From Fibrobacter sp. (GTDB lineage Bacteria; Fibrobacterota; Fibrobacteria; Fibrobacterales; Fibrobacteraceae): 64,000 nucleotides of DNA. The notes beneath the pieces were generated by a model. The model saw nothing but the letters and a program-made list of their open reading frames with translations, was not told where the DNA came from and searched no databases. Made by a program: the position numbers and the translations under genes. The stretch spans positions 11,125-75,124 of the forward strand of contig JAKSID010000012.1 of NCBI GenBank assembly GCA_024399035.1, read 5' to 3'. Of this stretch, positions 8,477 to 19,145 are shown one piece after another; within the stretch, counting starts at the first letter, position 1; each line of letters opens with the position of its first letter.

Positions 8477-9292
8477 ATGGCAGATTCTGTAACATTAGTT
8501 GTTGATGTGGGAAACTCCCATACGGTGCTTGGTATTTTCAAGGGTACCAAGGTGGTGGATTATTGGCGCCTCACGACCCGCAAGGAAACGACCTCCGACG
8601 AAGTGATGAACAAGGTGGGCGGCCTTCTGGGTTTCTCCAAGATCAAACCTTCTGAAATTACTCACGTTGGCCTTTCTACGGTGGTGCCTGCTTTGGAACG
8701 CCCCTGGATTAAGGCTTTGGATTCTTTGCTGAAAAAGCACGTGCAGGTGGTGAACGCCAAGAACTGCATGGGCTTGAAGATTGATTATCAGAACCCGTCT
8801 ATGGCGGGCGCGGACCGTTTGTGCAATGTGCTGGCCATGCGCGAAGAAGGCTTTAAGAATGCCATTATCGTAGACATGGGCACTGCGACTACCTTCGACG
8901 TTCTGAAGGATAACGCCTTTGCCGGTGGTGTGATTATTCCGGGCATTAATGCCAGCTTGGACGCCTTGACTGAAAAGGCTGCCCGCTTGCTTCCGGTGAC
9001 TATTGAATGGCCCGAGGCCGTGATCGCGGATAATACCGACGATGCTATTCGTGCCGGTCTTCTGTATGGCTTTTTGGCACAGCTGGAATTCTTGATTGGA
9101 AAGATCAAGAAGGAAGCAGGCTGCGAAGATATGCCGGTTTATGCTACTGGCGGTTGGGGCAAGATGATTGCCCGTCGCACGAATTTGATTGATAAGTATG
9201 ACCCGTTCCTGACTTTGCGTGGCATTAGGATTGTTGCCGTTAACGGTGGCGATACTTCTGCGGCAGAGGAACGTGACGGGGACGAGGACTAA
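8477..9292 (+). CDS. coaX: Type III pantothenate kinase
   Basis: Motifs [17 protein letters not shown] and GGVIIPG. Confidence 0.93.
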   Translation: MADSVTLVVDVGNSHTVLGIFKGTKVVDYWRLTTRKETTSDEVMNKVGGLLGFSKIKPSEITHVGLSTVVPALERPWIKALDSLLKKHVQVVNAKNCMGLKIDYQNPSMAGADRLCNVLAMREEGFKNAIIVDMGTATTFDVLKDNAFAGGVIIPGINASLDALTEKAARLLPVTIEWPEAVIADNTDDAIRAGLLYGFLAQLEFLIGKIKKEAGCEDMPVYATGGWGKMIARRTNLIDKYDPFLTLRGIRIVAVNGGDTSAAEERDGDED

Positions 9293-9302
9293 AGGAGTCG
9301 CT

Positions 9303-10235
9303 ATGCGTTGCTTAGTTACTGGTGGGGCAGGATTTTTAGGAAGTCACTTGTGTGAACGTCTTTTGAATGACGGTCACGAGGTGATTTGCCTGGACAACTA
9401 CTTTACTGGCCGCATGGCTAATGTGGCTCACTTGCGCGATAACAAGAGCTTCGAACTGATTCGCCACGATGTGACGGAGCCAATCCTTTTGGAAGTGGAC
9501 CGCATCTTTAATTTGGCATGCCCTGCAAGCCCGGTGCATTACCAGTTCAATCCGGTAAAGACTATTAAGACCAGCGTTATGGGCGCTATCAATATGCTGG
9601 GTATGGCAAAGCGCGTGAAGGCCCGCATTCTGCAGGCTAGCACCAGCGAAGTTTATGGCGACCCTGCTGTGCACCCGCAGACCGAAGACTACTGGGGAAA
9701 CGTAAATCCCATTGGCATTCGCAGCTGCTACGACGAAGGCAAGCGCGTTGCTGAAACTTTGTTCATGGATTATCATCGCCAGAACAATGTGGACATTCGC
9801 ATCGTCCGTATTTTCAATACCTATGGCCCCCGCATGCTGCCTAATGATGGCCGCGTGGTCTCTAACTTTATTGTGCAGGCTCTCAAGGGCGATGACATTA
9901 CCATTTATGGTGACGGCTCCCAGACTCGCAGCTTCTGCTATGTGGACGACCTTATCGAAGGCTTTGTCCGCATGATGAATCAGGACAAGATTATTGGACC
10001 GGTGAACATCGGTAATCCTGGCGAATTCACTATGCTGGAACTTGCAAAGGAAGTGCTGGACTTGACCGGATCTAAGAGCAAGATTGTTTACCAGCCGCTG
10101 CCGGGTGACGACCCCAAGATGCGTAAGCCCAACATTGACTTGGCTAAGGAAGCCTTGGGCTGGGAACCTACCATTCCGCTGCGCAAGGGTCTTGAAAAGA
10201 CGGTCTGCTACTTTGACGAATTGTTGAAAGGCTAA
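9303..10235 (+). CDS. UDP-glucuronate decarboxylase (UDP-xylose synthase) family SDR
   Basis: Motifs [33 protein letters not shown] and [17 protein letters not shown] before ATG 9303. Confidence 0.92.
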   Translation: MRCLVTGGAGFLGSHLCERLLNDGHEVICLDNYFTGRMANVAHLRDNKSFELIRHDVTEPILLEVDRIFNLACPASPVHYQFNPVKTIKTSVMGAINMLGMAKRVKARILQASTSEVYGDPAVHPQTEDYWGNVNPIGIRSCYDEGKRVAETLFMDYHRQNNVDIRIVRIFNTYGPRMLPNDGRVVSNFIVQALKGDDITIYGDGSQTRSFCYVDDLIEGFVRMMNQDKIIGPVNIGNPGEFTMLELAKEVLDLTGSKSKIVYQPLPGDDPKMRKPNIDLAKEALGWEPTIPLRKGLEKTVCYFDELLKG

Positions 10236-10271
10236 ATAAAAATAGCGAGCTTGATAGCTCGCTTTTTTATT
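10236..10271. terminator. Bidirectional intrinsic terminator
   Basis: AGCGAGC-TTGATA-GCTCGCT flanked by A and T tracts, between convergent genes. Confidence 0.75.
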
Positions 10272-10306
10272 GTTCGCGAAATAATTTTGTTTTGCAACTA
10301 ACGAAA

Positions 10307-10936
10307 CTATTTTGTTTTGCAGCCTACGACACTGCAGATGGGGCAAAGTTCAGGCTTGTGTCCCATGGCCTTGCAATAGGTTCTTCCGAACAAAATAATT
10401 TGCAAGTGCTTTAGTTCCCAGGACTCGGGCGGGAACGCTTTTTTAAGGTCTGCTTCGGTGCGCTCTACAGTACTGCCGTCGGAGAGGCCCCAACGTGCCG
10501 CCAAGCGGTGAATGTGGGTGTCTACGGGAAAGGCCGGTACCTTAAAGGCGTGGATCATCATGACGCTTGCGGTCTTGTGGCCAACGCCGGGCAACGCTTC
10601 CAGCTCTTCGAAAGTGCGGGGCACTTCACCACCATATTTTTCCACCAGGATTTGGGACAGCTTGAAAATGTTCTTGCTTTTATTCTGGTAGAGCCCGCAG
10701 GTCTTGATGTACTCTGCGATTCCATCAACTCCAAGAGCGACCATCTGGGCGGGAGTGCTTGCGACTTTGTAGAGTTCCTTTGTTACAAGGTTGACGCGGG
10801 CATCGGTGCATTGGGCGCTGAGGACAACTGCTACGAGCAAGGTGAAAGGATCGCTGTAATCCAGAGGGATAGGCGGGTTAGGGAATAACTCGTCTAGCTT
10901 CTGGTTGATGAACGCGATTCGTTGGGCTTTCGTCAT
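10307..10936 (-). CDS. nth: Endonuclease III
   Basis: Motifs VLSAQCTD, LPGVGHKTA (HhH) and VDTH, plus a C-terminal Cys cluster. Confidence 0.93.
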   Translation of the reverse strand: MTKAQRIAFINQKLDELFPNPPIPLDYSDPFTLLVAVVLSAQCTDARVNLVTKELYKVASTPAQMVALGVDGIAEYIKTCGLYQNKSKNIFKLSQILVEKYGGEVPRTFEELEALPGVGHKTASVMMIHAFKVPAFPVDTHIHRLAARWGLSDGSTVERTEADLKKAFPPESWELKHLQIILFGRTYCKAMGHKPELCPICSVVGCKTK

Positions 10937-10963
10937 TTTAATACAGTTTCAGAACGTTAGGTA

Positions 10964-11004
10964 GAGCCTGCTTCGTTCGCTTCGCCCTTCGGGCTCGCGA
11001 TGAC
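10964..11004 (-). repeat. GTCATYGCGAG-family palindromic element
   Basis: Reverse complement reads GTCATCGCGAG-CCC-GAA-GGG-CGAAGCGAACGAAGCAGGCTC. Confidence 0.75.
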
Positions 11005-11018
11005 AGAACGTGTGGTTC

Positions 11019-11804
11019 TTATGCGTCGCGGGTGAAGTCCTGCTGCATGTTAAAGCTGGGCATTTCGTCGTGAGGTCTGCCCACCTGAACTGCGGGCACG
11101 CCTGCGTAAGTGGTATGCGCAGGAACGTCGCTCACCACAACGGCACCTGCGCCAATCTTTGCACCGTCGCCGATGTGAATGTTTCCCAGCAGCTGGGCAT
11201 GCGCACCAAGCATCACGCCGTTACCCACCTTAGGATGACGGTCGCCTACTTCGTTACCTGTACCACCCAAGGTCACACCGTGGAGGAAAGAAACGTTGTT
11301 GCCCACAGTAGCCGTTTCACCAATCACAATGTTGGTGGCGTGGTCCACCAAAATACCGTGACCGATGGTGGCTGCGGGGTGAATGTCCATGCCAAACTTG
11401 CGGCTAATAATGCTCTGCAGCATCTTGGCGGGGAAAGACCTGCCTTCGCTCCAAAGAACATGCGCCGCACGGAAAGCCTGCAAACCCTGGAATCCCTTGA
11501 AGAACAACATCGGTTCTAAATAGTTGGTGCAAGCCGGGTCACGCATAACGGTAGCGTGCAAGTCCTTGCAGGCACTCTGAACCAGTTCCGGATACTTTGC
11601 GTAAAGACTATTGAACATACGTTCCAATTCGTTTCTGTCAATGACTTCGCCGGCCAACTGACAAGACAAGGTCACAGAAAGCATTTCAGTGAAATCCTTT
11701 CGGGATGTCACCTGTTCCTTGATCATCAAAACCGACAGCGGCTCGCTCTGCAACAGCTTATCGGCTTCTTCACGAATGTTCTTTTCGATTTCTTCTAAAG
11801 TCAT
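11019..11804 (-). CDS. cysE: Serine O-acetyltransferase
   Basis: Motifs RDPA, FKGF, DIHPAA, DHATNIVIGET and TLGGTG...RHP. Confidence 0.93.
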   Translation of the reverse strand: MTLEEIEKNIREEADKLLQSEPLSVLMIKEQVTSRKDFTEMLSVTLSCQLAGEVIDRNELERMFNSLYAKYPELVQSACKDLHATVMRDPACTNYLEPMLFFKGFQGLQAFRAAHVLWSEGRSFPAKMLQSIISRKFGMDIHPAATIGHGILVDHATNIVIGETATVGNNVSFLHGVTLGGTGNEVGDRHPKVGNGVMLGAHAQLLGNIHIGDGAKIGAGAVVVSDVPAHTTYAGVPAVQVGRPHDEMPSFNMQQDFTRDA

Positions 11805-12298
11805 TTGTTGTCTTTTGCAGGTTCTTCTGTTTCGAGGGTGGGAATATTCTTGTTCTCTTGACAGAGGTTTTCTTCGCGAATTTTAAAGGTGAAGTCCACC
11901 AGGTTGTTTTCGAACATTTTCTGGTAGGGCTTTTTGCTCTGCACACTCTGCAGGGCGCAAGTACAATAGTTAATGCGCTGGATCAGCAAAGTCTCGTTGC
12001 GGGGTGTGCCCTGTGCGAACACGCATTCGTGCATAATGGCGTATTCCATGGGGCGGTCGTAGCGGCCCTTACATTTGTTCTTGATGTCGGGCTGTGCGGC
12101 AACGCGTTCGATAATGCCTTCGCTAGGAACGTGGTGCATTACGCTATTTACGATAAATCCGGCAGCAAAGAAAATGAGACAAACCACAAGGTTTATCACG
12201 AATCGCTTTCCGCGGCTCATGTTGCTGTAGCTTCTGCCAACCGCATTGATTGTCTGCGTGGCATGAAGTCGTACGTCATCTAAATCGTTGTTAGCCAT
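11801..12298 (-). CDS. Hypothetical single-TM protein with a Cys-containing soluble domain
   Basis: Fills the gap between hpt and cysE and overlaps the cysE start by 4 nt. One hydrophobic segment. Confidence 0.7.
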   Translation of the reverse strand: MANNDLDDVRLHATQTINAVGRSYSNMSRGKRFVINLVVCLIFFAAGFIVNSVMHHVPSEGIIERVAAQPDIKNKCKGRYDRPMEYAIMHECVFAQGTPRNETLLIQRINYCTCALQSVQSKKPYQKMFENNLVDFTFKIREENLCQENKNIPTLETEEPAKDNK

Positions 12299-12320
12299 AA
12301 TAAAAAATCAGTAAAAATCG

Positions 12321-12845
12321 TTAGACTTCTTCTAAGGTCCAAATTTCGGGCAAGGTTCTGTAGTCTTGGTCGTAATCAAGACCGTAACCGACCACGAATT
12401 CGTTTTCAATTTCAAATCCCACATAGTCGGCGTGGTAATCTACGGCTCTACGGGCTTCCTTGTTCATAAGAACGCAAGTTTTAATTTCCGTGGCGCCAGC
12501 TTCCTTTAGCATGCCGACCAGAGTGTACATGGTACGTCCGGTGTCCAGGATGTCGTCTACTATCAGTACGCGCTTGCCCTTGATGTCGATTCCGTCAATG
12601 CCGGAAACCTTCAGCTTGCCACTGGATTCCATTCCGGAACCGTAGCTAGAAGCCTTGATGAAGGCTATGCGGTGCTTGAAGTTTGCCATGGCGCGGCACA
12701 GGTCCGTGGTGAACATGAATGCGCCAGTCAAAGCAGAAAGGACGATGTCAAACTCGTAGGAGTTGTTGATGTCTGCAGCGATTTCCTGGACACGAGCCTG
12801 GATTTTTTCTGCAGGAATCATGGGCTTTGCTGACATCTTGTACAT
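12321..12845 (-). CDS. hpt: Hypoxanthine phosphoribosyltransferase
   Basis: Motifs ASSYG, VLIVDDILDTGRT and FVVGYGLDY. Confidence 0.93.
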   Translation of the reverse strand: MYKMSAKPMIPAEKIQARVQEIAADINNSYEFDIVLSALTGAFMFTTDLCRAMANFKHRIAFIKASSYGSGMESSGKLKVSGIDGIDIKGKRVLIVDDILDTGRTMYTLVGMLKEAGATEIKTCVLMNKEARRAVDYHADYVGFEIENEFVVGYGLDYDQDYRTLPEIWTLEEV

Positions 12846-12846
12846 G

Positions 12847-15282
12847 TTAAACCTCGAAGTTCAACCAGCTGAACATAGGCTTCAGGGCTGCCATCTTACC
12901 GGCCGGATCCTTGGTGTATTCCTTGTAGAAGGGGAACACCTTGTTTTCCAGGGTAGTCTTGTCGATTCCCAGGTGAAGCCAGTCGGCGACAGTAATAAGA
13001 CCGGTGATGTGATCCACGGATTTTTTGTCGAAGTTGACAGAAACGGTTTCAATCAACTGGGAGAGCTTTGCAAAGAACATTCTGCCAGTACCGCCGAAAC
13101 TAAATTCGGTGTCCAGAGAAATGGCTTCCTTCACCAGACTCTCGATTTCTTCATAGATCTTGCGGTCGTCCTTATCCATATACTGCAAGGCAAGATGGTG
13201 AATCTTGGAATTGATTTCCAAGGAGAGAATCTTGCGAACGGTATCGGGCAGGGTATGGTCGGGGTCGGCAAGACTGTCTATGGAAAGACCGTGGGTTGCC
13301 GCGATGGTTGCGAAGGTTTCCGTAATGGAGGAAAGATCCTTGCGGGTAGACAGCTGGTTGATACGCTTCAAGGAGTCACTCATCAAATCCTTCATACGAA
13401 CAACATATGCGGTGGGGTACTCACTCTGAAGTTCTTCAGTGGTCATGGAGGGATTTTCCACAAACTTCAAACCATTCTGTTCGTTTTCGCCATCGGCCAC
13501 CACAATGTTGATACGGCCTATGGGGTCGGTAATCACGAGAACGGAGGCGATGCGGGTTTCGCCGATAGTCTTGTCGTTGTATTCGGCGCGGACCAGGGTC
13601 TGGCGACGACGGCTGCCAATCTTGGTTGCGACCATTCGTTCGTCCTTGTTCTCATAGCCTTCTTCAAGGCCCATATGGAAGATAGCAGCACGTTCGGCCA
13701 TTTCCTTGACCACAACGGGGACCTGTTCTTCGGCATAGCGGGTAAATACTTCAGCACCATTCCACTTGTGTTCGTTACTGGTGGCTCGGGCGAGAATGCT
13801 CAGCACCTGGTTACGGATGTGGTGGTCGCGGGGCAGGAACGGATCCAAAAGTTCCATGGCACGGAGGGCGTAGCGCATGTTTTGCACCGGTTCAAGACCT
13901 TCGATATCGTTGAAGAACCAACCGCAGCTGGTAAAGCTGAACATGCAGAACTTCTGGATTTCCAGCAGGCGAACTGCGCGGGCACACATGGCTTCGTTGG
14001 AAGGATCCTTTACGGTTGCGTCCAGAAAAGCCTTGAGGCGGCTCTTGTCTTCGGGAACCACCAATGCCTGTACATAGTTGTTTCTTGCATCCCAAGGATT
14101 TACGTCAGAAATCTTTGCGAATTCGCGAACAAATACGTCGTCAGCCAGCTTCTTCAGGTGGTTGAATGCGTCGCGGAGAGGGCCGCGCCACTTCTGGTTC
14201 CAATCGGGGCCACCGCCGGTAGAGCAACCGCAGTCGCGATACCAACGTCCAACGCCGTGAGCGCAGCTCCAGGCGCAGCCTTCGCTGTGATAGTTCTTCA
14301 AGAGAACTTCGTGCTTAGGCGGGAACTTTTCCAGGAACCAACCGTAGTTCACGGGAACCATGTTGTGTTCAGGAGCGTAATGGTTGTACAGCCAAGCGGC
14401 GCACATATCGCCGAAAGGTTCGTGGTGACCGTAGGATTCACCGTCGGTACCAATGCTTACCAACTGGGCGTCGACCCGGTTTTCGTCCCAGGCGTCGTGA
14501 ATGCGACGGCCGAAGGTGCCTGCATCGCGGAGCAGGTGTTCAAAGCCTACTGCAGAAGAAAGCCAGGGGTTGTAGAAGAATACGTCTAGGTAACCGTCGC
14601 AAACCAGGTTGCCTTCCTTATCGCGGGGGTAAATGCGGTAGGGGCGAGTGGTGTCGATATCGGTGTTGCTGCAACCAATCCATTCTCCATCCTTGGCGGA
14701 ACCATCTTCTGCTAAATCGCGGAAGGAGTCTGCCTGGGTGGGGGAGAGAATGGTAAACTTGATGCCTGCCTTGATCAGCTCAACCACAGTTTCCATATTG
14801 ATGGCGGTTTCGGCGAGCCACATGGCTTCGGGCATACGACCGAAGTGGCTCTTGAAATCTTCAATGCCCCAGTGGATCTGGGTTTTCTTGTCTTCGGCAG
14901 AAGCAAGAGGCATGATGATGTGGTTGTAGACCTGGGCAATGGCGTTGCCGTGGCCACCCATGCGTTCCATGCTGCGCTTGTCGGCTTCCTGGATGCGCTT
15001 GTAGGTGGCGGGGGCGTTGGTACGGATCCAACCCATAAGAGTCGGGCCCATGTTAAAACTCATAAAATCGTAGTTGTTAACGATATCTACGATGCGACCG
15101 TGTTCAGAAAGAATACGGCTTGCGGAGTTGGGGCTGTAGCATTCGCTAGCAATACGGTCGTTCCAGTCGTGGAACGGGCGAGCGCTGGGCTGGTTCTCGA
15201 TAACACCGGTCCAGGGGTTTTCGCGGGGCGGCTGATAAAAGTGGCCGTGAATAGTAAAATACAAAGGATGCTTTTCTGACAT
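12847..15282 (-). CDS. GH57 family glycoside hydrolase with DUF3536-type region
   Basis: Motifs HGHFYQPPRENPW, YNHIIMPLA, WLAETA, TDGESYGHH and FTSCGWFF. Confidence 0.88.
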   Translation of the reverse strand: MSEKHPLYFTIHGHFYQPPRENPWTGVIENQPSARPFHDWNDRIASECYSPNSASRILSEHGRIVDIVNNYDFMSFNMGPTLMGWIRTNAPATYKRIQEADKRSMERMGGHGNAIAQVYNHIIMPLASAEDKKTQIHWGIEDFKSHFGRMPEAMWLAETAINMETVVELIKAGIKFTILSPTQADSFRDLAEDGSAKDGEWIGCSNTDIDTTRPYRIYPRDKEGNLVCDGYLDVFFYNPWLSSAVGFEHLLRDAGTFGRRIHDAWDENRVDAQLVSIGTDGESYGHHEPFGDMCAAWLYNHYAPEHNMVPVNYGWFLEKFPPKHEVLLKNYHSEGCAWSCAHGVGRWYRDCGCSTGGGPDWNQKWRGPLRDAFNHLKKLADDVFVREFAKISDVNPWDARNNYVQALVVPEDKSRLKAFLDATVKDPSNEAMCARAVRLLEIQKFCMFSFTSCGWFFNDIEGLEPVQNMRYALRAMELLDPFLPRDHHIRNQVLSILARATSNEHKWNGAEVFTRYAEEQVPVVVKEMAERAAIFHMGLEEGYENKDERMVATKIGSRRRQTLVRAEYNDKTIGETRIASVLVITDPIGRINIVVADGENEQNGLKFVENPSMTTEELQSEYPTAYVVRMKDLMSDSLKRINQLSTRKDLSSITETFATIAATHGLSIDSLADPDHTLPDTVRKILSLEINSKIHHLALQYMDKDDRKIYEEIESLVKEAISLDTEFSFGGTGRMFFAKLSQLIETVSVNFDKKSVDHITGLITVADWLHLGIDKTTLENKVFPFYKEYTKDPAGKMAALKPMFSWLNFEV

Positions 15283-15517
15283 AATAACACCAAAAATTTT
15301 CTTAAAAGATAGAAATTTGGTATAAGAATCCTTGCAAGGAATTTGCGCTATGAGGCCTTGCTGGGGGCATCGTGGATAAATGTTCCATGGGAACTGTTTT
15401 TACGCATGTAGAATATCAAAAAAAACACATATATTCATATTGACTCATTGTCAACTTTCATTAAGTGGTGTTTTTTGAGAGTTGTTTTTTTGCACGAAAG
15501 GGTGCTATGGGAGTGTT

Positions 15518-17059
15518 ATGAAGAAACAAATAATCAAGTCCTTGGCTGTTGCTGGGGCATTCCTGTTTGGCGCAGCCTCCAATGTGAATGCTGCCCCAGA
15601 TCCTAATTTCCACATCTATATCGCCTTTGGCCAATCCAATATGGCAGGAGCCGCGGGAGCTGCAGAACCCGAAACGAAACCTTATCCTCGTTTCAAACTT
15701 TTGCCCTCTATGGATTGCCCGTCTAAAGGCCGCACCATGGGCGTATGGACCGATGCTACTTCACAGTTGGCAAATTGCGATAATCCGCCCAGCATTTCTG
15801 TTGCTGATTACTTTGGGCGTACCTTGGTGGATTCTTTACCTGACGTAACGGTGGGTATCATTTCTGTTGCTGTGGGTGGCACTGCACTTAAGTTGTTCGA
15901 TAAGGACAATTGGCAAGCTTATCTCGAAGATCCGGACCGTCAAAAGGAAAACTGGATTATCAACTGGGCAAAGGCTTACGATAGCAATTTGTACAAACGA
16001 ATTATTGACCTTGCAAAGATTGCCCAGAAAGATGGCGTCATCAAGGGTATCATAGTTCACCAGGGCGAATCGGACTGGAACAATAATCACTGGGCCGAAG
16101 ACCTCAAGAAAATTCGCGACGACATGCTGAATGATCTTGGACTCAGTTCCGATACGGTTCCGCTGCTTGCTGGCGAAATGCGTGAAGATGGTTGCTGCAG
16201 GGGCTTTAGTACAAGTCAGGTACAGCGCATTACTAAGGTAATGGACAATGCCTGGCCCGTTTCTTCTACTGGCCTCGGAAGCGCTGGAGACAACTACCAT
16301 TTTAACCGCGCTGGTTACATTGAATTTGGCAAGCGCTACGCCAAGGTGATGCTGGAACACATGAACCGTGTTTCTGTACCGCCGTCTCCTCATACACCTT
16401 TTAAGGGAGTTGCTGCAGAAATCCCGGGCAAGCTCCAGGTGGAAAACTATGATGAACCGGGTGTTGGCTCCATCGGAAAATCCTACTTGGATAACGATTC
16501 CGAAAACAAGTCTAAGGCCTACCGCAATGATGGTGTGGACATTGAAGAACTTTCAGCAGAGCCTGGTTCTTATGTGATTGGCTACACAGAGAAGGGCGAA
16601 TGGCTTAAATATACCGTGAAAGTTGCTGACGCTGTAGATTACTCTGTAACAGCCCGTGTGGCCAGCGCCGCAAAGGGTAGTGCTTTCCACTTGGAAATGG
16701 ATGACAAACCCATTACGGATACCGTCAAGGTGGATAGCATTGGCGGCTGGGGCGACTATAAGGAAATTACCTTTAAGACTTCAGAAATCGATGCCGGTGA
16801 ACATGTGCTGAAACTTGTTGTTGATGGCTCCTACGTGAATATCGACTGGCTGGATTTTGTAAGTCGTGCAGATACTACCGCAGCCATCGGCAACAAAGGT
16901 GTACGACTGGAACTTGACAAGTCTGCAACTTATAAGGTCTTTGACCTTAACGGAAATTACCTAGGTGTAAGCGCCGGAACCAAAATTGGTAACCTGGGCA
17001 AGGGCGTATACATGCTCAAGGGAAACGGAAAAACCTTGATGATTCGCAATAACGAATAG
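15518..17059 (+). CDS. Secreted CE6 acetylxylan esterase (SASA domain) + CBM6
   Basis: Signal peptide; catalytic motifs GQSNM, HQGE and DxxH (DNYHF); CBM6 motifs ENYD, GEWLKYTV and GGW. Confidence 0.88.
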   Translation: MKKQIIKSLAVAGAFLFGAASNVNAAPDPNFHIYIAFGQSNMAGAAGAAEPETKPYPRFKLLPSMDCPSKGRTMGVWTDATSQLANCDNPPSISVADYFGRTLVDSLPDVTVGIISVAVGGTALKLFDKDNWQAYLEDPDRQKENWIINWAKAYDSNLYKRIIDLAKIAQKDGVIKGIIVHQGESDWNNNHWAEDLKKIRDDMLNDLGLSSDTVPLLAGEMREDGCCRGFSTSQVQRITKVMDNAWPVSSTGLGSAGDNYHFNRAGYIEFGKRYAKVMLEHMNRVSVPPSPHTPFKGVAAEIPGKLQVENYDEPGVGSIGKSYLDNDSENKSKAYRNDGVDIEELSAEPGSYVIGYTEKGEWLKYTVKVADAVDYSVTARVASAAKGSAFHLEMDDKPITDTVKVDSIGGWGDYKEITFKTSEIDAGEHVLKLVVDGSYVNIDWLDFVSRADTTAAIGNKGVRLELDKSATYKVFDLNGNYLGVSAGTKIGNLGKGVYMLKGNGKTLMIRNNE

Positions 17060-17091
17060 TAAGTTTTGCGCTAGTTGCAGACAAAATAACC

Positions 17092-17129
17092 AAAAAAACT
17101 GCCGCTTCGAAACGGCAGTTTTCTTTTTT
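17092..17129. terminator. Bidirectional intrinsic terminator
   Basis: AAAACTGCCG-CTTCGAAA-CGGCAGTTTT. Confidence 0.8.
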
Positions 17130-17161
17130 ATAGTTAATTTGCTACTGCGAACAGCGCGGCT

Positions 17162-19117
17162 TTATTGAACGTTCACAACCTTGTTTAAGGAGTTGCTGCC
17201 CACTATAGCTCGGAGAATGTACTTGCCGCGAGGAAGAACGCTGGTGCCTATGGATAGCGTTCCTGCGCTGATGTTTCCGCGAGCGATGTTCATGGCAAGT
17301 TTTCCACGAAGGTCGTAGAGCGCCACGGCGCCATGGCCTGCTTCAGGAACATTTAACTGGATAGTGTTTCCAATAACGTCAATGTTCATGGAGCCTGCAA
17401 TCAGCTGCCTACGGTTTGCAATTACCTTGCTTGGGGCGATGATGGCGCCTTCCGTAGACTTGTCTGCAACAACCTTGTCCCAGCCAGGCATGTCGTCCAA
17501 GGCAATAATGCGTTCATCATCCAGGTTGCGTTTCCACATGTCAGTAGGAGTCTTTTCCGGGAAGTTTCCGCTCCAGGTTTGGCTCCAAGTCATCCAGTAG
17601 CTCCAATAGGACTTGTCTTCGGCAATGCTGTCGATGTCGGGAATGGCTCCGTTTTCGCTGAGGGCAATCATCTTGTTGGTGCCTACTTCCTCAATAATCT
17701 TGTTCCAGTAATTGGCTGCGGAATTGTGGTTGTTCAGCGGGTCGTAAATGTCTACGGCTACAATGTCCACGTATTCGTCACCAGGATACCAGGCGCCATT
17801 GAGGGCGGAGTAATCGTAACCGAACTTGGGGTCGGTATTGATGTTCCAAACCCAAATCAGGTTCTTGTTCTTGTTCACGTTCACCATGCGGTCGAATACA
17901 AGGCGCCAAAGCTGAACGTAGCATTCGGGAGATGCAACTCCCCACCAGAACCAGCCACCGCTTGCTTCGTGGAGCGGACGCCATACAACGGCGATGTCCT
18001 TTTCTTCAAGTTGCTTGAAGTAGCCGGAAACAATATCTACATCGGCGACGATGTCCTTGTATACCTTGGAAGTCGGGTCGGCGTCAAGGCATACTGTCTT
18101 GGATGCTTTACATTCGTTTTTGGTGGAGTCCATATCCGTACATACGGATTCTGTCTTGAATGCCTTGGTGTAGTTGAAACAGGTGTTGTTTTCTGCGGTT
18201 CCAGCAACGTCTTCGGTACAGCCTGCATTCTTGAAACCCTGCATCTGGGTGTAGAATACAGTGTCCTGCCCAACCTTCCAGTGCCAGGTATAAGTGGGAA
18301 TGCCGCCCATTTTCCACAGGTCTTCAGTCATGACCAAATTGTTTTCAGTATAGCCTCGGAACCATCCTTCTTCATGGTGGCCGCCGGCGGCAAACAGCAT
18401 GTCAAAACCGCCAATAGCAGGGTAGTGGCCGGAACGCTTGTAGAATTCGGCGATGTCAGTCTGACCCTTCCAGGAAACTTGTTCGTCGGTGAATTTGCAG
18501 GAGTCTGCTGGGGTGCAGCCGCCCGGCGGAATGATTTTCATGTTGCCGTAGTCGTAATTGAAATTCTGGTCGCTAATCATCATGCCACTGATGGTCTTCT
18601 TCATGAAGTTGTCGCGAAGGAATGTCTTTACCTTCATGGCGCTTTCGGTGGCGCCCGGTGTTACAGGCAGTGCGCTGATCTTGAATTCCGGATCCGGATG
18701 CTTGTTTACAGAAATGTAGTCTACGCCAATGGCGCCGTTACCTACGGTCACCGTATTCTTGCCTGCCTTCATCTTTGCAGAAGCGGTTACCACGTATGCG
18801 GAGTCGCAGTTACGGGGCGTTGTCAGCATAGAACCTACTTCTACGCCGTTCACCAAGATTTTGGAAGTTGTCCAGTCGTACTGCTTGATGAGCACTTTGG
18901 TTTCGATGTCGTACATGGCGGTTTCATCTACCGACACGGTAAAGGTCATGGCATCAGAGCCCGGCTTTACGTATTTGCCTCCAGAAAATTCTGCGCCGCT
19001 AAGGATTGCTGCAGCATCAACTCCGGGCTGGTCTTCTGCTTCGTACTTTGCGGCGTTGGTGTTGGTGACAACGCCTGCGACCATTACGGCACTTATCAAT
19101 ATTTTTTTGTAATCCAT
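17162..19117 (-). CDS. Secreted GH26 beta-mannanase with N-terminal CBM35-like module
   Basis: Motifs YEAED, WHW, WRPLHEASGGWFWWG, WYPGDEYVD and ALSENG. GAGG RBS before 19117. Confidence 0.9.
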   Translation of the reverse strand: MDYKKILISAVMVAGVVTNTNAAKYEAEDQPGVDAAAILSGAEFSGGKYVKPGSDAMTFTVSVDETAMYDIETKVLIKQYDWTTSKILVNGVEVGSMLTTPRNCDSAYVVTASAKMKAGKNTVTVGNGAIGVDYISVNKHPDPEFKISALPVTPGATESAMKVKTFLRDNFMKKTISGMMISDQNFNYDYGNMKIIPPGGCTPADSCKFTDEQVSWKGQTDIAEFYKRSGHYPAIGGFDMLFAAGGHHEEGWFRGYTENNLVMTEDLWKMGGIPTYTWHWKVGQDTVFYTQMQGFKNAGCTEDVAGTAENNTCFNYTKAFKTESVCTDMDSTKNECKASKTVCLDADPTSKVYKDIVADVDIVSGYFKQLEEKDIAVVWRPLHEASGGWFWWGVASPECYVQLWRLVFDRMVNVNKNKNLIWVWNINTDPKFGYDYSALNGAWYPGDEYVDIVAVDIYDPLNNHNSAANYWNKIIEEVGTNKMIALSENGAIPDIDSIAEDKSYWSYWMTWSQTWSGNFPEKTPTDMWKRNLDDERIIALDDMPGWDKVVADKSTEGAIIAPSKVIANRRQLIAGSMNIDVIGNTIQLNVPEAGHGAVALYDLRGKLAMNIARGNISAGTLSIGTSVLPRGKYILRAIVGSNSLNKVVNVQ

Positions 19118-19145
19118 AAACACCTCAATAAATCTAATTTTTAAT

